A stretch of DNA of 52,102 bases from Rickettsiales bacterium (lineage in GTDB: Bacteria; Pseudomonadota; Alphaproteobacteria; Rs-D84): assembly GCA_031288835.1 (NCBI GenBank), contig JAITQO010000016.1, positions 74,167 to 126,268 of the forward strand, written 5' to 3'. The notes beneath the pieces are model-generated. The model saw only the letters and a program-made list of their open reading frames with translations. It was not told the origin of the DNA and made no database searches. The first letter of the stretch is position 1. Every line of letters starts with the position of its first letter. Positions 33,296 through 43,097 of this stretch are shown here, in pieces. A program made the translations under genes and the position numbers.

Positions 33296-34054
33296 TTGCG
33301 GGGATTCGTTTTGTCGATTTTTCTATTTATTTCCTGCGCCGCCGGCGCGGCGGTTTATACAGGAAACAGAACAGATCTGCCCGCCTTGATGCGCGCGCTG
33401 GTCGCGTCGCGCTCGGTTCCGATTGGAAATTCGTCGCCGCGCCTGAACAGCGCTCCGCCGACGGGGGCGGCGCAGGCGGGAATGGCGGAACAGGCGGAGG
33501 CATACGAGCCCGCGAACTATACGAAACAGCAATATATCGCGTTTTTGAAAACCGCCAATATCGGCGGCCGCGGCGATTGCCAGGACAGATACAACAAATA
33601 CAACGATTTCTTCAGGTATGATTCCAGCCTGGGGGGACAGATTTCCCCAAGGGACGGCGGCCCCTCGAACGGAAGGCTGGACAACGTGTGCAATTTTCTG
33701 GGATATTCGCACTGGTGCTTCGCGCTCGGATTCGCATACGCCGTCAGGGACTTGGACGACCCGATACGGGCCGGCATCGGAAACAGATGCTTCACGTATC
33801 AGGAGTTCTGCTCCAACGTGAACAAGGCCGCGGATTCGTCCAAAATCGACGAGTATTTGTCCAGAATCATCGACGAAATCATGGTTTACTATTCGAGCAT
33901 AAGGAACACGACCAGAAACACCGTGGCCATAACGACGGAGACGTCGAAAGGCGGGGCGCTGGTCAGCAGCACCAGCTACAGGGTTTATGATACGGACACC
34001 TGGGTTCGCGAGCGGGTGTCAACCGCGGAAATGATAAAATTGCTGTGCAGATGA
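33296..34054 (+). CDS. Secreted or lipoprotein hypothetical
   Basis: TTG start 6 nt after a [13 protein letters not shown]. Signal LRGFVLSIFLFISCAAGAAV. No recognised family. Confidence 0.55.
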   Translation: MRGFVLSIFLFISCAAGAAVYTGNRTDLPALMRALVASRSVPIGNSSPRLNSAPPTGAAQAGMAEQAEAYEPANYTKQQYIAFLKTANIGGRGDCQDRYNKYNDFFRYDSSLGGQISPRDGGPSNGRLDNVCNFLGYSHWCFALGFAYAVRDLDDPIRAGIGNRCFTYQEFCSNVNKAADSSKIDEYLSRIIDEIMVYYSSIRNTTRNTVAITTETSKGGALVSSTSYRVYDTDTWVRERVSTAEMIKLLCR

Positions 34055-34067
34055 ACGGACGCGGCGG

Positions 34068-34301
34068 CTATGCCCCGCAAACCGCGCCATGGGCGGCATT
34101 ATTCCAGTCAATCTGGCGGATTGTTTCCGGAGTGTCCGAGTTGTAGTCGGCGAAAATCGGCGAATAGATTATACAAAAATCATTTGCGGCTATATTTTTC
34201 GCGCAGCCTGCGGATAAAATCGGAATCGCCAAGCATAGAGCGCGCGCGCATAGCCGCCGCGATATTTTTGCGGACAGCCTCCGTGTTTTTGATTTTTTCA
34301 T
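34068..34301 (-). CDS. Rz1-like o-spanin lipoprotein, overlapping the upstream gene out of frame
   Basis: MKKSKTRRLSAKISRRLCARALCLAIPILSAGC lipobox. The short mature part, CAKNIAANDFCIIYSPIFADYNSDTPETIRQIDWNNAAHGAVCG, has the C...PI...DT..T..QI..N...C pattern of alphaproteobacterial Rz1-like proteins. Overlaps 34180..34398 by 122 nt in another frame. Confidence 0.6.
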   Translation of the reverse strand: MKKSKTRRLSAKISRRLCARALCLAIPILSAGCAKNIAANDFCIIYSPIFADYNSDTPETIRQIDWNNAAHGAVCGA

Positions 34302-34398
34302 CTTGTCTCCCTTTTCGTTTTCCGGCGAAATAGGCGGCGCAAATAACCATGGCCGCAATTCCGAAGGCAATTAAAAAGTTTTTTATTTTTGTCAGCAT
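34180..34398 (-). CDS. Membrane-anchored Rz-like (i-spanin-like) protein
   Basis: 72 aa with an N-terminal TM FLIAFGIAAMVICAAYFAG, then a charged helical tail. The embedded lipoprotein ORF fits the spanin arrangement, but this protein is short for an i-spanin. Confidence 0.45.
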   Translation of the reverse strand: MLTKIKNFLIAFGIAAMVICAAYFAGKRKGRQDEKIKNTEAVRKNIAAAMRARSMLGDSDFIRRLREKYSRK

Positions 34399-34418
34399 TT
34401 TTTATACATATTTTGATG

Positions 34419-34560
34419 TCCGTCATTCCGGAATCCCGACGATATGGGCGGGAACGCCGAAATCTAGGTCAATATTGTGTACGCAGGGTTTTGCTTCACG
34501 TGTTTTTTTATCACATGGCTCCCATTATCGGCGCCGCCACGGAATGACGAATCTAGGTTA
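34419..34560. mobile_element. Short MITE-like repeat, copy D
   Basis: Inverted termini CGTCATTCCGGAATC ... CGGAATGACGAATC, each followed by a TCTAGGT box. The interior TGTGTACGCAGGG resembles the larger copies. Sits between the endolysin-like and spanin genes. Confidence 0.55.
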
Positions 34561-34598
34561 CAAAAAAAATTATTTCACATGAAATAAGAATGGTTTCT

Positions 34599-35006
34599 CT
34601 AGGATATTTCAATTCCTTTTATCATTTCCATATCGCTATACGGGCAATTCCCGTTTTCATGTCTGATAATAGCTTTGCATAAAGAGAGCAAAGTTTTCCC
34701 GTCCGAAACGTTCAGAGAATCGTTTGCGCCGCGTCTGAGCGCGGCGCAAACCGAGTCGACATAACTTCGCGTGTCGTTTTCGTTCGGCGGCGCCCACCGG
34801 CCTATGATTTGCGCGGCGGTATCCAGCCCGTATTTTTTGTTGTAATTTCTCAACAGCGCCGCCATTGCGCGGATGCCGTGCCTTGCGTCCGCGAATCTGC
34901 AGAACTCTCCGTCGCTCGGCGGGTTTGCCAGCCCCAGCCATCGCGTTCCGTTATACCTGATGTTTCCGGGATTATTGTTTCGTATGCCGCGCGGGATGTT
35001 ATTCAT
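34599..35006 (-). CDS. Phage-type cell-wall hydrolase-like protein (P5 / RNNNPGNIR family)
   Basis: GIRNNNPGNIRYNGTRWLGL ... IIGRWAPPNENDT ... IIRHENG matches the family usually annotated as structural protein P5 or virion-associated lysin (recollection). Confidence 0.65.
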   Translation of the reverse strand: MNNIPRGIRNNNPGNIRYNGTRWLGLANPPSDGEFCRFADARHGIRAMAALLRNYNKKYGLDTAAQIIGRWAPPNENDTRSYVDSVCAALRRGANDSLNVSDGKTLLSLCKAIIRHENGNCPYSDMEMIKGIEIS

Positions 35007-35074
35007 GGATATTCCTTTTCTATAGGTGATGAAACGTCGGAATGAAGAAAGATGATTTGCGAATCATTCGCTGC

Positions 35075-35300
35075 AAGTTTGTTGCGGGGGCGCAGCGAAT
35101 AAGCGCGCCTTGCCGCATATTTATGCGTTTTACAATCGTTCGAACAAAGTTTTTGTGTGCAGGATTGAAAGAGACCATATTCCCGCCGGGGTTTACCCCC
35201 GCCTTTATATTTGTCATTCCCGCGAAGGCGGGAACGGGAATGACAAAGAGGATGACAAAGAGAAAAGCGCGACGAAATGACGAAGCGCAATGACAAGCGT
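35075..35300. mobile_element. MITE-like repeat, copy C (inverted orientation)
   Basis: CCTTGCCGCAT ... GAACAAAGTTTTTGTGTGCAGG ... GACCATATTCCCGCC is the reverse complement of the copy A/B interior. Followed by GTCATTCCCGCGAAGGCGGGAAC. Confidence 0.65.
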
Positions 35301-35320
35301 ACTGCTGCGGGATTATTTAA

Positions 35321-35551
35321 TTACCGGGCATTTGCATATTCGGGCATTCTTTTCAAACATTCCTCGCATTTAATGATATCAAAGGAATGAACGCCGGATT
35401 TTATTTGTTTTATGAAGCGCTCTCCAGGTTCGTCACAAACATTGCACAACGTCTTGTATGCGCTGCATCCTGTGCACTTGCACCCGTCTGCCGGGGGAAT
35501 CACATGCGCCCCATGATACCCGCACATGACGTATTTGGAAACGGATTCCAT
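35321..35551 (-). CDS. Cys-rich (10 Cys) small protein, putative zinc-binding
   Basis: 76 aa. Starts 2 nt after the rpmB stop. CxC..C, C..C and C..C pairs. No family recognised. Confidence 0.55.
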   Translation of the reverse strand: MESVSKYVMCGYHGAHVIPPADGCKCTGCSAYKTLCNVCDEPGERFIKQIKSGVHSFDIIKCEECLKRMPEYANAR

Positions 35552-35553
35552 GA

Positions 35554-35919
35554 TTATTTTTTCGCCGCTGTTTTCTTTACCAGCCGGGCGCTGCGGTTCG
35601 GCTTCTTCACGGATGTTTTCGCCGCGGGTTTCGCCGGCTGTCCGATTTTCTTCACAATCGCCTTTTTAATCGCCAGCATCTCCGGCGACAATTTGCCGTT
35701 CGGTTTCGTCATGACATACAAATCAATCCCGCCGTGCTTGATTAGCGTCCTCAATCCGTTTGTCGAAACGGACAAGGTGAAATCTTTGCCCAATATCTCG
35801 CTATGGAACTTCAATTTCTGCAGATTGGCCTTGAAAGTTCTTTTTGTATGCCGCGCGGAATGCGAAACATTCATTCCGACCTCTGTTTTCTTTCCCGTAA
35901 CCTGGCAATGTTTGGACAT
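35554..35919 (-). CDS. rpmB: 50S ribosomal protein L28 with Lys/Ala-rich C-terminal extension
   Basis: MSKHCQVTGKKTEVGMNVSHSARHTKRTFKANLQ is the L28 signature. 121 aa, against the usual 80-100. Confidence 0.9.
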   Translation of the reverse strand: MSKHCQVTGKKTEVGMNVSHSARHTKRTFKANLQKLKFHSEILGKDFTLSVSTNGLRTLIKHGGIDLYVMTKPNGKLSPEMLAIKKAIVKKIGQPAKPAAKTSVKKPNRSARLVKKTAAKK

Positions 35920-35994
35920 TTTTGAAACCTTTTATAGCGTGCGTCAGTATATCACAAACCGCCTGAAAAGTCAAGCGAAAAGTTGGCAATTACC

Positions 35995-36333
35995 CTATTG
36001 CATTTTATGCGAACGATAATTATTCAAACTGTCTGCCCACATTTCTGCATACAGCTTCCAATCATCTTCCATATCCGAGAGCATTTTGACTGCCTTGATT
36101 GCTTCTTCTTTATTAACACTTGCTATGAACGCAGCTAATGAGAACTTCTTTGTGTTATATTCAATCTTGCTATTCATGTTTGTAATCACGTGTGTGGCCA
36201 TTTCTTCACTCGTTTGTTCAGCAATATCCGATCTCAGTTCGTCAATTGATTTTTTAAGCTCGGATGTGTTTCCATGCCAAACAAAAAAAATCTCTTCTAT
36301 TCGTTTTTGCCAATTTATATTGTAATGATTCAT
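35995..36333 (-). CDS. Hypothetical protein (AT-rich gene)
   Basis: 112 aa, helical, no signal peptide. Locally lower GC. Confidence 0.5.
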   Translation of the reverse strand: MNHYNINWQKRIEEIFFVWHGNTSELKKSIDELRSDIAEQTSEEMATHVITNMNSKIEYNTKKFSLAAFIASVNKEEAIKAVKMLSDMEDDWKLYAEMWADSLNNYRSHKMQ

Positions 36334-36510
36334 AATAACATCCTTTTTAAGTTATCCACGCATAAATATATTACAATAATATGTATTTGTCAATCATAGT
36401 GTGCAAAAACGCTCCAAAAGTTGTCTATTGAGTTAATGGATTTTGCTATTTCAATACCCCTTGTTTCTTGTGGAGTATATCAGATAGAGTTTGCAAAAAA
36501 AAAACGGCAG

Positions 36511-36684
36511 ATTTTCACCTGACGTTACTATAATTCAAGTTACATTGATGTATTTTCCATTACAATCTTGAAAAGTGCAGATTTCCGTAGTTTTTTATAA
36601 AAATTAGCGGATTTCAGCAGGTTTTATATGCTAGGATTTAGAGTTTTTACTTCTTGCTTATCTATCCGTATAATTGCCGAAAAG
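36511..36684. repeat. About 170-nt intergenic module, copy B (inverted relative to 25549-25715)
   Basis: See copy A. It ends in CCGTATAATTGCCGAA with TATAAT at 36669-36674. Confidence 0.7.
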
Positions 36685-36793
36685 TTATAAATTGCAAGTT
36701 ATAAGTCGGATTTGATTGACGGCAGTGCGCTTTCTATAAAAACGTGCATGCGCGCCGCATCGACTTATAACTTATAATTTATAACTGTTTTTT
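36683..36793 (+). ncRNA. Long imperfect hairpin (26-bp arms) with T tract: candidate about 110-nt sRNA and/or bidirectional terminator
   Basis: 5' arm AGTTATAAATTGCAAGTTATAAGTCG (36683-36708) pairs at 24 of 26 positions with CGACTTATAACTTATAATTTATAACT (36761-36786), followed by GTTTTTT. It begins about 8 nt after the TATAAT at 36669-36674. On the other strand it follows the stop of 36810..37049. Confidence 0.45.
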
Positions 36794-36809
36794 GCCGCAG
36801 GCGAAAAAC

Positions 36810-37049
36810 CTAGCGGCGATACGAATGATGTCCGCCCTGCTGACTCGCGGACTTCTTCGACAAATAACGCGCGGCAATCAGCGCCAGCCATTCAACCAGC
36901 AGCATACAGATTTCAAACGACGCGACAGAGTTGAGAATCAGCCCGCCGCTTACGATGTTTATAATCGAAAAAACCAATTGCGCCGCAAACAGCGCATACA
37001 ACACTCCGAAGATTGCCGGAAAAAACACGCGCTTGACTTTCGATAGCAT
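36810..37049 (-). CDS. Small two-TM membrane protein
   Basis: Start at MLSKVKRVFF with an AAGGGG SD (the track ORF extends to 37343 through non-coding-looking sequence). Confidence 0.5.
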   Translation of the reverse strand: MLSKVKRVFFPAIFGVLYALFAAQLVFSIINIVSGGLILNSVASFEICMLLVEWLALIAARYLSKKSASQQGGHHSYRR

Positions 37050-37176
37050 GATTGCACCCCTTATTGTTGGTTCCTTCATAACGAATATATCATATAAAAT
37101 AAAAGAATCAAGTCGGCGCAATTCCGGAACGAAGACTAGGATTTTAATCCGAAATATGGTATAATAAGTTGTAAAA

Positions 37177-39933
37177 ATGAGGTTTTTAAAGAAACTTTTG
37201 TTGCTTTTATCGATTTTGGCGCCGTTGTCCGTCGAGGCGGCCGAATGGAAAGATTCGGATTCCTCCGGAAATGTTTCGGCCGACCCGATTCTGTCCGCCG
37301 GGCGAAAAACCGCGGACGGCCCCATTTGGGGAAACACCAGCATTTCAGGAACAAGTTTGTATGTAAAAAACGGAAACTCTTTTCATCTTCTTTCCGACGG
37401 GACATCAATGGGTTTTATGAAAACGTCTTCTTTCGCCCCGGGATTCGGAGAAATAGTCATCGACGGCGATTTGATTCACGACAGGAACGAGCCGTTGGTA
37501 AACACCTCGGGCTCGGTGAAGTTCGAAGTTAGAAAGGTTGACGTGACCGCCCTGAACCTCCACGTTCGCGACATCATAAACGGATTGAACAACGACCTGT
37601 CCGGCCCAAGCGCGGTGCCGGAGGAATTAAACCTGAATGTGCTGAGCATATCGGCCAGGAAATTGATTGAAAACGGGGGAAAAGTGCATATTTTGGAGGA
37701 CGGAATCCCTAACTTTTGGAGTTCGTCCCCGAAAATGACAATCAGCGAGGAAGTGAGGGTCGCGAGCAACATATACATGGGCGCGAAATCCTCGGCGCCG
37801 GGCACGGGAGTCGTCATAGTGTCGAACGATGCCGGTAACCGCTATGAAATAGACGCCAGCGCCGCAAACGCCGTTATTAGGGCGGACATTATCAATGCGG
37901 AAACGGGATTTTTGGACCTGCGCGTCTATGATTTGTTCTCAGGAACTGTCCGCGGGAACGTGAATATATTCCCAAGCGCGAATTCAATAAACATATCCGC
38001 GCTGTATGGGAACAGTTTCGTATACAATCCGTGGGACGATTCCGTCAAGCGGCATTACGCATACAACGATTCCGCGAAGGCCGGCGGGCTCGGTTCGTTC
38101 GTGAATCCGGACAACGCGAAATTGGTCACGTGGTATTTTGACAATCTCAGCCATTTGCAGCTGGTGCTGGAGGACACGGCTTTCGACCCTCTGAATCCTG
38201 AGGCGGCGGACGCGCTGTTCAAACTGAATTCGTTCGACGCCACCGGGGTGACGGCGAACATGGACGCCGCCGGGAAAAGCAAATTGGAGGTCTTGGTGGA
38301 CATAAAGCAGGGCGCGAACAACAATCTGCGCAGGATTAAGCTGATAGAGGCGGATTACATAAATATCGGCGACTATTTGGACCTAGTGGACTTGCATTAT
38401 TACAATGATTCGTCCGATTACGACAGGAAGGTGCAGGGAAACCTGATAATAGAGGATTGCGGAACCGGAAAGAAATGCCTGTATGCGGTTCTTGATTTCA
38501 TCCGCCCGCTGCAAAGGATTGTCCGCGACGCAAAGAACGGCTGGGATAAAAACGCAGACCAGATGGCGGCCGCGTTCGACGCGTTCATATACCAAAGATT
38601 CAGCGATTATAACAAGGCGAATGCCGGCTCGGAATTGGATTTGGACGTGAACAATATAAATTTGGTGTTCGCGGGGATGCCGGAATGGATGCAGCGTTTG
38701 TTCGTAGGCGACAGAATTGACAGCGACGGCGATACTTTTTTTGACGGAGACGGGATTTATTCGGCCGAGGAGTTGATTAGGGAGAACTCGCCCGCCAGCA
38801 GGACGCCCCAGGCGGCGCTGGATTTTGTGAAGCCGTTCGGCCCGGGGTGGGGCGCGGAGGCGGCGCGCGCGGCGCACATGTCTTCGGAACTTTTCCGCAT
38901 CGCGTTCGAACAGCATTTGGTTGACGAGGAGCATTGGGTACGCAGGGCGTCCGACAAGACGGCGTGGGCGAACTTTGCGCGCGGTTCCGATTCCAGAGGA
39001 AGCGCGCTCGGCATCATTGGCGGGTTTGACTCCAAAATCAGCAGGCGTTCCATCGTCGGCGGATTCGGCGGCGTTTCCAGGGCCGGAGCCGGGGATTTTG
39101 CCGAAGAGTTCGGAGTCGGAGTCGGCGCGTATGGAATGTATCACGCCAGACCGCTCGGACGACTGTATGCCATGGCGAGCGCGGATTATCACATAATGCG
39201 CGCCAGCGGGATGGATTTGCCGGCCGTGGGCGCCGCAAGGACCGAGTTCGGCCGGCTTGATTTCGGATTCCAGGGCGGACTGATGCACAGGATTTATCAG
39301 AATTATGTTCGCGGGCGCGGATACGCCGGCGTGAAGAAAATCGGCGAATGGAACGCCGACATAAAAACCCATATGGGAAAAATCATGCAGGCGAAACAGG
39401 AAGCGGCGGCGGTTCCGTATGCCGGATACGAAATATCGCTGGCAAAGGATATACAGATTGACGACGAGTCGTGGATGAAGGCGTTCGCGAAGATTGGGGC
39501 GGAATATAGGCTGGCCGCGCCGAGCTCGGACACGGCGTATCGGTTTATCGGCGCGAACGAATGGTTCGATTGGACGGACGCGAATCCGCTTTCAGACGGA
39601 TTTCACGCCAGATACGGGGTCGGGCTGGAATATAACCGCGGGATGGGCATCGGGCTTGTTTTGTCGTATGACAGGGTTGGGGAAATCAACATCTTCAGGG
39701 TCGGCGGGAAATACAGATTCTGCACTGGCAGATGCCGCATGCCGGAGGAGATAGACGCGGAAATGCTGCGGGAAGAGGGCGCAGCCGTAGGCAGGACAAA
39801 ATCCGAAAATGAAATCGATTACGGAATAGTGCCGAACGAAATAAGGGAATCAATCAAGCATTACGGTCTGCCGCCGAGACAAGAATGGCACCGCCGCAGA
39901 CGCAGACGCCAGGCGCAGCAAGACTTCGATTGA
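37177..39933 (+). CDS. Autotransporter outer-membrane protein with an unusual C-terminal tail
   Basis: Signal peptide MRFLKKLLLLLSILAPLSVEA and a long passenger. The beta-barrel domain runs from about AWANFARGSD to GVGLEYNRGMGIGLVLSYDRVGEINIFRVGGKYRF. A further 70 aa follow the terminal aromatic motif. Confidence 0.8.
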   Translation: MRFLKKLLLLLSILAPLSVEAAEWKDSDSSGNVSADPILSAGRKTADGPIWGNTSISGTSLYVKNGNSFHLLSDGTSMGFMKTSSFAPGFGEIVIDGDLIHDRNEPLVNTSGSVKFEVRKVDVTALNLHVRDIINGLNNDLSGPSAVPEELNLNVLSISARKLIENGGKVHILEDGIPNFWSSSPKMTISEEVRVASNIYMGAKSSAPGTGVVIVSNDAGNRYEIDASAANAVIRADIINAETGFLDLRVYDLFSGTVRGNVNIFPSANSINISALYGNSFVYNPWDDSVKRHYAYNDSAKAGGLGSFVNPDNAKLVTWYFDNLSHLQLVLEDTAFDPLNPEAADALFKLNSFDATGVTANMDAAGKSKLEVLVDIKQGANNNLRRIKLIEADYINIGDYLDLVDLHYYNDSSDYDRKVQGNLIIEDCGTGKKCLYAVLDFIRPLQRIVRDAKNGWDKNADQMAAAFDAFIYQRFSDYNKANAGSELDLDVNNINLVFAGMPEWMQRLFVGDRIDSDGDTFFDGDGIYSAEELIRENSPASRTPQAALDFVKPFGPGWGAEAARAAHMSSELFRIAFEQHLVDEEHWVRRASDKTAWANFARGSDSRGSALGIIGGFDSKISRRSIVGGFGGVSRAGAGDFAEEFGVGVGAYGMYHARPLGRLYAMASADYHIMRASGMDLPAVGAARTEFGRLDFGFQGGLMHRIYQNYVRGRGYAGVKKIGEWNADIKTHMGKIMQAKQEAAAVPYAGYEISLAKDIQIDDESWMKAFAKIGAEYRLAAPSSDTAYRFIGANEWFDWTDANPLSDGFHARYGVGLEYNRGMGIGLVLSYDRVGEINIFRVGGKYRFCTGRCRMPEEIDAEMLREEGAAVGRTKSENEIDYGIVPNEIRESIKHYGLPPRQEWHRRRRRRQAQQDFD

Positions 39934-40066
39934 ATAAAAGAATACCTGTTTAGCGATTAACTTGAAAGTCGATGGTCGTTCCGGCGTAGACCGGAATAAC
40001 AAAAGAGTAAAGGCGCGGTGAATGACGCCAATTTTGCCACTCAGCCGCTATGTCGATAATATGATA

Positions 40067-40380
40067 AAGAGCGCCCGATTCTGTTGCCGGGTTCGGGCGG
40101 ACCCCGCGATGCGCGTAACGATGCTTTGACCAATCGGCCTCCGCATCAAGCCAATTTAGGCGGCCATCGCAAGGCGAACGTTGTCGTTCGCAGGAATGTT
40201 TTTAGCATTCATTTAACGGTTTTTTCGGAAACCACTCCGGAACACAAGCGTTGCCTTTCAATCCCTGTCGAATCTATGTCAGCCCCGTAAACAAATCAAT
40301 TGGTGGAGCTGTGGGGTGCCGCCCCCCAGTCCAAAAGACCTATTGCACAGCGCACTCAGTGTCATCTTCGCCGAAGCGAC
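40067..40380 (-). ncRNA. ssrA: Two-piece (circularly permuted) tmRNA gene
   Basis: Reverse strand: TATAAT (40387-40392). Acceptor piece ends GGGGGGCGGCACCCCACAGCTCCACCA (CCA at 40301-40303). Short spacer. Coding piece starts GGGGCTGACATAGATTCGACAGGG (5' end 40286). Tag reading frame GCG AAC GAC AAC GTT CGC CTT GCG ATG GCC GCC TAA = ANDNVRLAMAA (40156-40191). Terminal hairpin plus CTCTTT near 40067. Confidence 0.8.
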
Positions 40381-40473
40381 ATTCTTATTATAGCGCGCGC
40401 CGGCCGAATTTTCAAGCGCCCGGAAAATATCCTGGACAGGCGTTCCGAATAATTGTTATCATAAAGCGTTTAA

Positions 40474-42069
<1,596 letters not shown>

Positions 42070-42117
42070 CGCCGCGCAGAGCGACGGGCGTTTTTTTGCG
42101 CGTCTCTTCGTGTTTTT

Positions 42118-43017
42118 TTAATCCGTCCAGCGGTTGTCTTTTTTGAATCTGCTTAATTTCGTCAAAGAATAAACCAATGATTTTTCGTATCCGGAGACGG
42201 TTCCGCAGTCGAGGTAAACGTCATTTTCCGTCGTCTTGCATTTTTGCAGCGCGTTCGTCGCAAAATCCGCGTCTATGGAGCGATTCAAGGCGTTCATATA
42301 TACCAATTCTCCGCCGACAAGCCCGTCGATTTCTTCGCCCCTTTCCAGCCGCAGCGCGTCTTTGTAAAACTCTTGCCCGACCGATTTATCAAAAATTACA
42401 AGGCTGACCACAGAATCGCGGCTGGTCGCCTGTTTCGGTTTTTCCAGCAAATATCCGTCCTGGACAACGCCCCATCTGGACGGGTCGTCGACTTCGCGCG
42501 TAATCGCCAGATTTCCCCGGCCGCCGTTTTCGGAATACTGGCGGACGGCGCGGCTGTAAATATGCTCGGCGCCGTTTTCCGCGACAATCATGTCATCCGG
42601 AAAAACCATGGCCAGATTGCGTCCGGAATCGCGGACGGCGGCATAGGCCAGCCCCATCGCCTGTCCTGTTCCGCGCGGCGTCCCCTGAATCACATACTTT
42701 ATGTCCATATCGTCGGGCAGGCGGACGCCGCGAACCAATTCCAGCATTTCCGCGTTGCCGGCCTTGGCGAACTTTTCCTCGAGCGCCGGCTCTGGGCGGA
42801 ACGCGTCTTCGAAGTGTCTCACAACCGATTGGTCGGAAACGACCAGAGTTACATGGCGCGCGCCGGCGTCGGCCAGACGCAGCATGATTTCGTCTATGAT
42901 TTTATGGTCTGAAAACGGCATCAGGGATTTGTGCGGCAATCCCTTGGATTGCGGATAATTGCGCGTGGATTTTCCCGCGGCGAGAATTACGAACTCCAGA
43001 TTTTCCGCACAATTCAT
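42118..43017 (-). CDS. Sugar-phosphate nucleotidyltransferase (GalU/RmlA-like fold)
   Basis: FVILAAGKSTRNYPQSKGLPHKSLMPF is an N-terminal nucleotidyltransferase signature. Substrate not assignable. Confidence 0.7.
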   Translation of the reverse strand: MNCAENLEFVILAAGKSTRNYPQSKGLPHKSLMPFSDHKIIDEIMLRLADAGARHVTLVVSDQSVVRHFEDAFRPEPALEEKFAKAGNAEMLELVRGVRLPDDMDIKYVIQGTPRGTGQAMGLAYAAVRDSGRNLAMVFPDDMIVAENGAEHIYSRAVRQYSENGGRGNLAITREVDDPSRWGVVQDGYLLEKPKQATSRDSVVSLVIFDKSVGQEFYKDALRLERGEEIDGLVGGELVYMNALNRSIDADFATNALQKCKTTENDVYLDCGTVSGYEKSLVYSLTKLSRFKKDNRWTD

Positions 43018-43097
43018 ATTTTCATCCCGTTTTTATCGGCGCGTCGGCTCCGTCCGTTCGCATTTCGGTTCGCGCGTTCCCGCCATTTTTTGGCCTT

